Source of the DNA: Thermoanaerobaculia bacterium
GTDB taxonomy: Bacteria > Acidobacteriota > Thermoanaerobaculia > Multivoradales > UBA5704
DNA: 64,000 nt
NCBI GenBank assembly: GCA_035940855.1
Contig: DASZEM010000010.1
Location: 907 to 64,906, forward strand
Direction of reading: 5' to 3'
Shown here: piece by piece, positions 51,376-59,918 of the stretch
Layout of the letters: each line of letters starts with the position of its first letter
How positions within the stretch are numbered: the stretch's first letter is position 1
The notes under the pieces: generated by a model
Seen by the model: only the letters and a program-made list of their open reading frames with translations
Database searches by the model: none
What the model was told of the DNA's origin: nothing
Position numbers and translations under genes: made by a program

Positions 51376-53418
51376 CTAGCGATCCCGCCGCACCACCTGC
51401 CGCCGCGGCCTCGGGTGCGCGGCCTTCTCGGCCGGCGTGCGCGCGGGCAGCGCCTCGGCGGTCGTCATGAACGCGGTGTCGCGGGTCTCTTCGGCTTCGG
51501 CCGGCCGCTCGGCGCGTTTCACCTGCTCGAAGGTGGGATCGGGCTCCGAATACTTCTCGGCGCGGCCCGTCTCCACCCAGTAACGGTCCGGCCAGCCGGG
51601 ACCCATGCCGCCGGCCGGCGCGGGCAGCTCGGCCACAATCCCGATGGCGTGCCAGTTCGCCACCATGTTGTTGATGCGGGCCTGATAGGCGCCGCTGGCG
51701 TTCAGATCGCGGAGCCAGAACTGGCGATACGTGAAATGTTTCATTTTCTGGTGGTCCGGCAGGCTGGTGTCCCACAGGCGCTCGTACGACTGCATCGCCA
51801 GAACCTGATTGGGCACCCGGGCCGCCCAGAACGACGGCAGCGGCAGGTAATTCGACGTGTTATAGCCCGAGAGGCAGCTCGCCTCGTCCGTTTGCCACGG
51901 GATTCCCAGCCAGCGCGTGAGCGAGCCGGGGCCGCTCGCCTGAAGCGGGCCGCCGGGGCCGAGGCAGATCTCCGGCGTGAGGAACGGACCGTAATCGTCC
52001 TTCGGCTCTTCATTGGGCGGCAACACGTTGAGCCGGGGCTGAAGCTGCTCCGTGGGCTGGGCCGGCGCCTTCCACATGGACGGCACGCGCAGGGGCCACG
52101 TCAGCTCGATGCCGGGATGGAACGGCCCGCCCAGGCAGTCCTCCAGGGGAGCGCGGTCCAGTGCGGCGGGCTGATCCGCGAGCTCGATCTCCTCCAGCCG
52201 CGACACCGTCTTCGGCAACTCGCCCGTTTCGAAATCGCCTTCGGCCCAGCGACGCAGCCATTCATAAAGGGTATTGGTCACGGCGAGGTCGTAGATCGTG
52301 AGACCGGCGTAATCGACGCCGTCACCATAGAACGGCGGCAGGCCGGCGGGCTCGTCCGGCGGCAGATCGGCGCGGGGGCTGGGATCATCCCACGGCGGCG
52401 GAGGCTGGCGGAACCAGCGGAACACGGCTTCGCGCGCCGGCTTGTGCGCGGGATCGGGACTGGCGAGCCGCTCGAGATACTCCGGATCATTGAAATCGCT
52501 GGGCGAGCCCACGCCGAAGAGGAAATAGGCACCCTGGCTCACCCACTGATTGGCCACCAGCCGGGCGAGCACGGGATAGACGTCCTGCCAGAAGCGGAGC
52601 TTCCCCTTTTTCTCGACCCACCCGTGGCGCAGAAAGAGGTCGTACACCACGTCATACATCGTGACGGGACCATGAAGCCCCTGCCCGTAGTTGGGCGGCG
52701 TGACGGCCACCATGGCCGGCTCGGCTTCCAGCGGAGCATCGCTATTACCACCTCCCTTGAGCTTCACCGTGGCCCGCACCGTGCCGTCCGACGTATCGTC
52801 ATACCATCCGTCGTTGTTGGCGAACGTGACCGCCTGGGCGCCCGTGGCCGAAGCGGAATGCCCGGCGCCGCCGATCACGATCAGCCGCCCCTTCTCATCC
52901 GTCCGCACCTCGCCGAGCGGCACCTCGATGGGGCTGCCGATCTGGAACGAGATCCATCCCTGATCGAATTCATACTCCGGCCCGCTCTGGCTCGCGCCGC
53001 TGATCCGCCGCGCTCCGGGATCGATCACCAGGTCCTGCCGGCGGGCACCGGGGATGTTGGCATTGCGGAAGTCCGGAATCATGGCGAACTGCTTCAGATC
53101 CAGGGCATTGAGGAACTTGTACCAGGCCGCCTTGCGGTTCGCGACGTGGACCTCCCAGACGATTTCGGCGTCGTCGGCCGTGATCTCCTTCACCACGTTG
53201 CCCGCCGCGTCATATCCATACACGCGGAACCGGGCCGCCTCGCGCCGGATCTCGCCCTTGGCGTTCTTGTACCCCTGAGGTCCGGGATCGGCAGCCTGCC
53301 CCGGGATTTCCGGAGCCAGATAGTAGTCGTCAGCGGGAGCGTTCCCCACCCGGGAGATGCCGATGGCGGGATGGATGGCGCAGCGGACGATGTCGTTCTC
53401 GCGCTCGTTTTCGGACAT
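51376..53418 (-). CDS. LodA/GoxA-family CTQ-dependent amino-acid oxidase
   Basis: IHPAIGISRVGN, RFRVYGY, VANRKAAWY, NNDGWYDDTSDG, GGPFHPGIE, PWQTDEASC (Cys), MVANWHAIG (Trp). Confidence 0.9.
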   Translation of the reverse strand: MSENERENDIVRCAIHPAIGISRVGNAPADDYYLAPEIPGQAADPGPQGYKNAKGEIRREAARFRVYGYDAAGNVVKEITADDAEIVWEVHVANRKAAWYKFLNALDLKQFAMIPDFRNANIPGARRQDLVIDPGARRISGASQSGPEYEFDQGWISFQIGSPIEVPLGEVRTDEKGRLIVIGGAGHSASATGAQAVTFANNDGWYDDTSDGTVRATVKLKGGGNSDAPLEAEPAMVAVTPPNYGQGLHGPVTMYDVVYDLFLRHGWVEKKGKLRFWQDVYPVLARLVANQWVSQGAYFLFGVGSPSDFNDPEYLERLASPDPAHKPAREAVFRWFRQPPPPWDDPSPRADLPPDEPAGLPPFYGDGVDYAGLTIYDLAVTNTLYEWLRRWAEGDFETGELPKTVSRLEEIELADQPAALDRAPLEDCLGGPFHPGIELTWPLRVPSMWKAPAQPTEQLQPRLNVLPPNEEPKDDYGPFLTPEICLGPGGPLQASGPGSLTRWLGIPWQTDEASCLSGYNTSNYLPLPSFWAARVPNQVLAMQSYERLWDTSLPDHQKMKHFTYRQFWLRDLNASGAYQARINNMVANWHAIGIVAELPAPAGGMGPGWPDRYWVETGRAEKYSEPDPTFEQVKRAERPAEAEETRDTAFMTTAEALPARTPAEKAAHPRPRRQVVRRDR

Positions 53419-53479
53419 TGCAGCCCCTCTCGTGAAGTAGTGGATTCACGAGGATACTGTCACGAGAGGGGCCGCTATC

Positions 53480-54052
53480 TCACTTGGCGCGCTTGCAGGT
53501 CTCGTGGCCGATGATGACCCACTTGCCGTCCATCTGAAACTCGCCGGTGTGCTCCAGGCCGGCATCGCCCGTCTTGGTGAAAGTGTCGCGGACGGGAGTC
53601 GCGGGGCCGGAGCCGGCGGCCTCGCCGGTGAAGACCAGCTTGTTGTCTTGCCAGCCGGCCGAGGTCGAGTGGCAGTGGCTCCCGAAGTTGTCGAAGCATT
53701 CCATGACGAACGCCTTGGCCGTTCCGTCATAGCCCTGGAGGAACTGGAAGATCACGGGATGGGGGTTCTCCGCCGTCTTCGTCTCCTCATAGCGCCCCAC
53801 GTACCAGAAGCCGCCGATCTCCTTGTTGACGTGCACCTTGGCCCGGGTGGCATGCGCGGGTCCGAAGGGGGACTCCTCCGCTTTGCCCGTGCACGTCCAG
53901 TTGCCTGCGAAGAACGCGAGCTTCCCGAGCTCGGGAGAGGGCGCCGGCGGTCCGCTGGGGGCCTGGGAGAACGCGGGAAGGGCGGCGAGCACGAACAGGA
54001 TCAGGACGGCAGACGCGAAAGACCAGCCTTGCTTCGAGGCCTTGCTTCTCAT
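53480..54052 (-). CDS. secreted DUF1579-like protein
   Basis: Signal peptide; PELGKLAFFAGNW, GYD..F...FDNFG. Confidence 0.7.
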   Translation of the reverse strand: MRSKASKQGWSFASAVLILFVLAALPAFSQAPSGPPAPSPELGKLAFFAGNWTCTGKAEESPFGPAHATRAKVHVNKEIGGFWYVGRYEETKTAENPHPVIFQFLQGYDGTAKAFVMECFDNFGSHCHSTSAGWQDNKLVFTGEAAGSGPATPVRDTFTKTGDAGLEHTGEFQMDGKWVIIGHETCKRAK

Positions 54053-54129
54053 CTCATCTCCTCCTTTGAAGTCCGCCGGACCGGCGGTCACTCTCTTCTA
54101 CGGAGGAAGTGTAGGCCACGGATGACGCT

Positions 54130-54420
54130 CTCTCACGCGGGTACGGCCCCCGTTTCAACGGGGAGAAGGCCGGAACGAGAGGGGCGAAGCCTCTCCCGAG
54201 AAGGGGGAGGGCTCCCCCCAACAGTACGAGGCAATTTCGACAAGGTACAGGCCCGTACCCGCGAGGGAAAGGCGCGTACCTTCGCGGGAAGACGTCTTTC
54301 CCTTACGGGGTGAGGTCGTACCTTGTAGAAAAACGTTCGTACCGGACGGGAAACGGGAGTACCCGTTGGGGAGAGCGATTTTTTCGTTGGGGGGAAAGGC
54401 TGCCCTTCTGGGAAGGGCTT
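54130..54420. repeat. second degenerate 21-bp-period array
   Basis: CGTACC at 54254, 54275, 54317, 54338 (variant at 54296). Confidence 0.6.
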
Positions 54421-54513
54421 CGGGAGTGTGAGGTTCGCCCGTTTTAAAGTCCGGGCGGGCGTCCCGCCCCTCGAATCCGGAGCCTGGTCCGGTCCAACTC
54501 GGAGACTCCGGAC

Positions 54514-54807
54514 TCAGCGCATGTGCCTCAGCTCTTCCTCGACCCTCTCCGCGAGGAAGATCTTCAGCAGAGATTGATAGGGCACGTCGCGCTTGTTGGC
54601 AAGCATCTTGAGGTTCTCGATGAGAGCCTCCGGGAGGCGCAGGGAGATGGTCCGCGTCGAAGGTCTGAGCCTGGAGAAGGTGGCTGGCTTCGCTTGACTC
54701 CAGTCGACGTGTTCGGCCGAGTCGTGGGTCGCCCAGTACTCCCGCTCCTCGTCCTCGGACTCAAACTTCGGGATCGGCTTCAAGCTCTTGTGCTCGGACA
54801 AGCTCAT
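54514..54807 (-). CDS. BrnA/CopG-like antitoxin
   Basis: IPKFESEDEEREYWATHD, ISLRLP, VPYQSLLK. Confidence 0.85.
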   Translation of the reverse strand: MSLSEHKSLKPIPKFESEDEEREYWATHDSAEHVDWSQAKPATFSRLRPSTRTISLRLPEALIENLKMLANKRDVPYQSLLKIFLAERVEEELRHMR

Positions 54808-55075
54808 ACTCCTTTCGCTCCCGGCGGGTCATGTCCCGTGCCGAGATGACCCGGATCTTCTCTTCTCGAAGCGTATAGACCACGAAGAGAAGCCGGCCGG
54901 CATCTGACTGTCCAAGGGCGAAGAACCGGCCCTCGTCGCTGGAGTGCAGAACGTCCTCAGCAGCGACCAAAGGGCGGCTGAAGAAGACCTGCTCGCATTC
55001 CGCCTGAGACACTCGGTGCCGAATCCAGTTCTTCTCCGCATTGCCGGCATCCCATTCGAACTCAGTGCCCTCCAT
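54761..55075 (-). CDS. brnT: BrnT-family toxin
   Basis: FEWDAGNAEKN..H.V, RLLFVVYTLR..IRVISAR. Confidence 0.88.
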   Translation of the reverse strand: MEGTEFEWDAGNAEKNWIRHRVSQAECEQVFFSRPLVAAEDVLHSSDEGRFFALGQSDAGRLLFVVYTLREEKIRVISARDMTRRERKEYELVRAQELEADPEV

Positions 55076-55891
55076 CCCCCCAACCACGGCACCTCCAAAA
55101 AGAGTATACAACCATCGTATACAGGTCAACTCAAAGAGAAGCCACTCTCCTGCCGTATGGCCCCCTAAACGGCTCGCTTCGTGGTGATTACGTCCTTACC
55201 ACACTGGATAAGATACCGAGTCTGAGAACGGGAAGGCAAGATCGCATAGGCACCCGGCTGGCGGGAGGGTAGAAGGGGATAGAATAAAGGTCTGCCTCTA
55301 CTCACAGCCCTCCTGATCGCTGGCACCTTCGCCTGCGTGGCGCAGGGAGGTCTTGGCTCCGACCGTTGAGGCCCGCGCCGTAGACTTGAGTGGTGACTCG
55401 CCACGTTTGAAAGCTCCCGACGAAATCGATTTCCGGAGGAAGATAGAGCGGCTTGCTTTGCGAGGGGGAGAAGAACGAACTCGACTCGAAAAGCGATACT
55501 TCCGGCGAAAGACTCTTCGAATCCTCGAAAAGCATTGCCAACCTGTGCTACCAAGATCTTCGGCAGAAGTAGCTTTCCTCGGCTGTGCTTGGCACACAGA
55601 GGAGAAGGTCCTCGCGGCTCCCAATAGCGATCGTTCCATTTTGAAAGGAGCGTCCGATGCCATCCGCAACGTTCCCTCGTTCTGGTATCCCTCCTCTTCG
55701 TTCTCTCGACGGCTCACGGCGAAGCCGCCGACCAGGGCACGGTCGTCACGGTCGACTGCAGCAAAGGGAGCGGTATCACGGCCGCTTCCCGACGGCCAGC
55801 GCCTGATCGTCCTTTCGGAATAAGTCCCGCCCAACTCCCCGGACTCTATCTGGTGTAGGATCACCCCCGCACTTCCAGAAAGGAGTCCGAT

Positions 55892-56503
55892 ATGCGGCTA
55901 TCTGAAGGCCTGCTGCTGGGGCTGGCGTTGGCTTTCGTTCCTGTTGCGGCGGAAGCGCAGGGCGGAGGGAGCAATCAGAACGTGTTCTGCGAGGGCACGT
56001 ATGCCTTGTGCATCAAGGCGCCGTGCTCGGCCGTGCCGACGCTCGAGCGGCTCGGCAACTATGAGATCGATCATGCCTTGTGCGTCTGTGACGTGGTGAA
56101 GGGGTGGTCGATGGGGCCGGGACAGTGCGAGGACCGGGCGCCGGTCCAGCAGAACGGCCGGACGTTCCTCATCTCGGCCTACTCGAACCTCTACAACGCG
56201 AGCGAGAAGACGCTCTCCTGCAACGATCCGCAGACGGTCTGGGCCTGGTGCTACGGCGCTCCCTGCGTGGTGGACGAAAAGAATCCCGGCAAGGCGGTCT
56301 GCACGTGTCCGGTCCAGACCGGGCCCGCGAAGACCCTGGGCGGCAACTGCCAGCAGGATGCCTGCAAGAGCATCTGGTCGGCCGCCACGCCGGCCGGCGA
56401 CGCGTTCGCCAACGAGCAGTTCTACAAGACCATGCAGAAGGACCACCCGAACGTCCCCGTCAACCCGCCGGCGCCGGCCTGCTCGTCCAACTCGGGGCAG
56501 TGA
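55892..56503 (+). CDS. secreted Cys-rich hypothetical protein
   Basis: RBS aaggag; signal peptide; internal duplication CIKAPC..CVC / CYGAPC..CTC. Confidence 0.75.
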   Translation: MRLSEGLLLGLALAFVPVAAEAQGGGSNQNVFCEGTYALCIKAPCSAVPTLERLGNYEIDHALCVCDVVKGWSMGPGQCEDRAPVQQNGRTFLISAYSNLYNASEKTLSCNDPQTVWAWCYGAPCVVDEKNPGKAVCTCPVQTGPAKTLGGNCQQDACKSIWSAATPAGDAFANEQFYKTMQKDHPNVPVNPPAPACSSNSGQ

Positions 56504-56520
56504 CAGGCCGCTCCTGCGAT

Positions 56521-57264
56521 CTACGGAAATTCCACGTTTCCCTTGGGACAGGCCAGGGAGATCCGGATGCCGGATTCCCTGGCTTCGCGGATTTCCACTG
56601 GAACACCGGCCGCCTGCAAGGGCTTGCGCAGGGCGTCCGGGTTGGGATCGTTGAGGACGAAGCCCGTCAGGCGGCAGCCCGCGGGCGAGGTCGCCGATGG
56701 GTGGGCGGTTCCGGGGTCCCATTCGATGAAGAAGGGGAGGAGAGGGTGCGCCGAGGGAGGAAAGTTGAGGGTTTTCCAGGCGAGGCGCGTGCCGTCCGGC
56801 TTGTTGCGGGATCCGGGACGGACCTCTCCGGTCTCGATCCCCTGATCTTTCAACCTCTGGTGAAGGGCCGGCAGGTCTTCGCCTCTCGCGGCCCAGCCGA
56901 CCGGGGTCAGCGTGGTCAGGCCGCGCAGGTCGCCGATCCATTCCGTGCTCCCGCCGTCTTCCGGATTGGGCGCCAGGATTTCCAGGTAGTGCGGCTCGCC
57001 CAGGGAGACCAGGGCGTTGTGGGTGCCCCGTCCAGGATGGGCTCCGCCGTAGACGGCCCGCACGCCCGTGCGGCGCTCGAATTCTTCGATCCCTTTCCGC
57101 AGGTCGTTGACGCCGAGGATGACGTGATCGATTCGCGACAGGTCTCCGGTCATGGGAGGTTTACCTTCCGTTCTGCTCTGAGGGCCGGTCTCCCGCGGAG
57201 CTCCCGCGCAGCCCAGGCAGGCGAGGCCCAGGACGATGAGGATCCGATGATGGATGGCGATCAT
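56521..57264 (-). CDS. VOC/glyoxalase-like lipoprotein
   Basis: Lipobox-like LGC; IDHVIL, GGAHPGRGTHNAL, YLEIL, LPFFIEW. Confidence 0.8.
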   Translation of the reverse strand: MIAIHHRILIVLGLACLGCAGAPRETGPQSRTEGKPPMTGDLSRIDHVILGVNDLRKGIEEFERRTGVRAVYGGAHPGRGTHNALVSLGEPHYLEILAPNPEDGGSTEWIGDLRGLTTLTPVGWAARGEDLPALHQRLKDQGIETGEVRPGSRNKPDGTRLAWKTLNFPPSAHPLLPFFIEWDPGTAHPSATSPAGCRLTGFVLNDPNPDALRKPLQAAGVPVEIREARESGIRISLACPKGNVEFP

Positions 57265-57274
57265 GGTCTCTATC

Positions 57275-57777
57275 TTACCTTTCGAGCCTCTCCAGGGCCT
57301 CCCGCGCCCGCTGCCGCAGGTCGTTGCCGGCGTAGACGCTGTTGCTGGTGGCCAGGTGCCGCCAGAGGGTTTGCGCCTGGCGGGGGCGGCAGAGGGCTTC
57401 GAGCGCGAGCGCGGCGTTTTCGAGCCGGTAGCCGTAGGGCTCGTCCAGCCAGTCGCGCACGGACTTCTCGCGGGTCTGCGCAGCACGGCGAGCAGCCGGG
57501 CCGGGTCGAAGCGGAGGAGCAGGTTGACCGCCCGGTGATCGTACCCCCCGCGGCCGCGGTACCCCGGCGCAGGTGCTCGGTCAAGGGTTGCAGCAGGAGG
57601 CGGCGGACGAGGTCGGCGGCTCCGGCCTGGGTCGCGAGGTGGGCCGCCGTCACGAGGGCCGGGTCCGGAAGCGGACGGCACTCCGCCACCAGGCGCAGAA
57701 GCGGGACGGCCAACTCGGGCCGCGACGGCGCTCCTGGACGTCTCCTTGCGCGGTTCCGCTCGCATCCAGCGGAGCAT
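57275..57777 (-). pseudogene. frameshifted helical-protein remnant
   Basis: Coding-like segments in successive frames (AVPLLRLVAE.., YDHRAVNLLLRFDP.., DEPYGYRLENAALAL..ALERLER*). Confidence 0.35.
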
Positions 57778-57831
57778 AACTCCCTGGAAGCGCCGACGTT
57801 CCCGCCGGCGCTCCCAGGGGATCTTGGAAGG

Positions 57832-58713
57832 TTAATTCGCCGGGCAGCCCACACCCGCGCAGTCGGGACCGGCGGGAGCGAAGTTGCTTTCGAACGTCAC
57901 GTTCCTGAAATTCCGCGAGCCGGGGAAGAGCGGGGGCTCCAGGTAGAGGCCGCCGCCCGCGACGGCCGCGCGGTTGCTCCGGAAAGTGACGTCGTTGAAG
58001 TCCACCTGCGCCTCGGAGAAGAGGTAGGCGCCGCCGCCGAAGTCCTCGAGAGAACGGTTGCCCACGAGGACGGAACTGATCACGGTCAGCCGTCCGCCCA
58101 CGGCGAGACCGCCGCCGCCGCCCTCGGCCCGGTTGAAGGCGACCACGGTGTGGAGGAGCGTCAGCTCGGAGTCGAAGCCGTCCGAGAGAATGCCGCCGCC
58201 GAAGCCGAAGTTGTGCGTCCGGCTGCCGGAGACCTCGCAGTGGATCAGGGTGAGCCGGCCGCTGTTGCGGATGGCGCCGCCCCCGCTGTCCGGCTCGCCG
58301 TTGCGGACGATGACGTCGTGCAGCTCCAGCGTCCCCCGCGCGTCGAAGACCCGGTCGTGGCTGAAGGAACCGAAGCCGTCGACGACCGACGGGCTCGGGC
58401 CCGAGCCGAGGATCTTGAGCTCCTCACCGAAGGCGATGTCGAGATCCCCCGTGAGGGCCGAGTCCTCGTCGGGGCCGGTGAGGGTGAGCACGAACAGAGC
58501 CGACTCCTTCGGGCCCGAGTGGAGGAGGATGGTGTCGGGACCGGGATTGGCGTTGGAGGCCACGACGGCGTCCCGAAGGGAGCAGTCCTCGTCACAGACG
58601 CCGTCGAAGGTGTCGAAAGAAGTGGTCGTCTTGAAGACGTCCGCGCGGGCGGCGGGGGCGAGGGCCAGCAGGGAGAGCAGAGACAGGACGGTGCAACGGA
58701 GGCTGCGATCCAT
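57832..58713 (-). CDS. CSLREA-domain secreted beta-helix protein
   Basis: DGVCDEDCSLRDAV, GDLDI, GGGI/GGGL repeats. Confidence 0.85.
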   Translation of the reverse strand: MDRSLRCTVLSLLSLLALAPAARADVFKTTTSFDTFDGVCDEDCSLRDAVVASNANPGPDTILLHSGPKESALFVLTLTGPDEDSALTGDLDIAFGEELKILGSGPSPSVVDGFGSFSHDRVFDARGTLELHDVIVRNGEPDSGGGAIRNSGRLTLIHCEVSGSRTHNFGFGGGILSDGFDSELTLLHTVVAFNRAEGGGGGLAVGGRLTVISSVLVGNRSLEDFGGGAYLFSEAQVDFNDVTFRSNRAAVAGGGLYLEPPLFPGSRNFRNVTFESNFAPAGPDCAGVGCPAN

Positions 58714-58931
58714 GAATCCTCCCAAATGAAAAATTGGACCCTGAGGTCCGGGTTGGTGCACAACGAGATTGCAAAACGAATGCAAGGAGGTGCGGCGCGG
58801 ACGGAAAGGATCGCCGGCGCGGTGTTCCTCCTGATCTCAGATGTGGCAAACGCCACGCAACCCTGTCAGGGAGGGTTTTTCCGTCTCCTCGCGGAGACGG
58901 GAGCGGACGGAAATCCGGACACTGGCCGGGG

Positions 58932-59306
58932 TTACTTCGCCTCTTTCCTGAGCTTCACGTGGAGCGCGGTCAGCGTGTCCGTCGCGATGTAAAGGTGGAT
59001 CTCATAGGGCGTGAATCCCGGCGCCGAAACCCGGAAGGTGTAGTCCCCGTGGGCCACGTCCTTGAAGTAGTACTTTCCCTCCTCGTCCGTTTTGGTCTCG
59101 AGCTTCACCTCGCGCAGGCGGGGAGAGCTCTCGTCGCCGGTCAGCGAGACGGTGGCGCCGGCGACCCCGTGGGTCTCGGACTCATCGAAGACCAGGCCGT
59201 TGACCCAACTGTGATCCCTCTGGGCCTGCAGGGCGGCACCGGACAGGACGAGGAGGAGAAGGGCGGATCCGAGGATCCTGGCGGCGGTTTTCGTGGACGC
59301 GTTCAT
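58932..59306 (-). CDS. secreted carboxypeptidase-regulatory-like domain protein
   Basis: Signal peptide; VAGATV, TDEEGKYYF, GDYTFRVSAPGF. Confidence 0.8.
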   Translation of the reverse strand: MNASTKTAARILGSALLLLVLSGAALQAQRDHSWVNGLVFDESETHGVAGATVSLTGDESSPRLREVKLETKTDEEGKYYFKDVAHGDYTFRVSAPGFTPYEIHLYIATDTLTALHVKLRKEAK

Positions 59307-59448
59307 CGGGCACTCTCCTTTGGAATGCGGGCATTCTCGCGGAGACGCGCCGGTCAGGCAAGTCGGGGAAAAAGGAGGGACGGCGGAGGTCCCCCGACCC
59401 TGGAGGGGAGGGGGGAGGGGCTCCACCGGGGTGAATCTGCAGGCCCGC

Positions 59449-59631
59449 TCAGCAGGCGCGCTTGCAACTGGGCCCGAAGCAGGTGTCGCAGGTGTAGACG
59501 GTGTTGCTCTCCGACGTCGTGCAGGTCCCGTCGGTGGTGGCTCCGCCGCCGACGCCGGTCATCTCGCGCACGGTGAGGGTACGCAGGGTCTCACGGTTGA
59601 GCGTCAGCTTTCCATCCAGCTTCTTTTTCAT
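59449..59631 (-). CDS. putative lanthipeptide (RiPP) precursor
   Basis: RBS aaggagg; leader KLTLNRETLRTL..GVGGG; 30-aa core with 5 Cys and 11 Ser/Thr. Confidence 0.75.
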   Translation of the reverse strand: MKKKLDGKLTLNRETLRTLTVREMTGVGGGATTDGTCTTSESNTVYTCDTCFGPSCKRAC

Positions 59632-59918
59632 TTTTGGACCTCCTTGGATCCAGTACGGGTTGAAGCGGCTCAGTTCTCCATGCCGAGGAACTGAACTGAT
59701 GGTTTGAGACTAAAAGGCCGGGGACCTCTCTGTCTTGCGAGTTCTTGCTCTCTCGGTGTACTTGGCCCGCCGCTTGCTCCGGGTTTTTGCCTGAGGCGGC
59801 GTTTCGCCCGCCTCGCGCTGGCGGTTGTCTGCGCCGGTAGAAAGGACTCCATGACCACGGACCTCCGGTTCCGCTCCTGGTCGATCCCTGCCAACCCTTC
59901 TGTCAGAGGAGCCTTGCC

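Noticed and set aside
44801-53418. MacAB exporter as part of the lodA cluster or a RiPP cluster
   Set aside because: Only co-orientation supports it; generic exporter separated by ~170 bp
59740-59850. Riboswitch between the lanthipeptide precursor and the divergent gene
   Set aside because: Only a GC hairpin (gaggcggcgtttcgcccgcctc); no known aptamer consensus recognised
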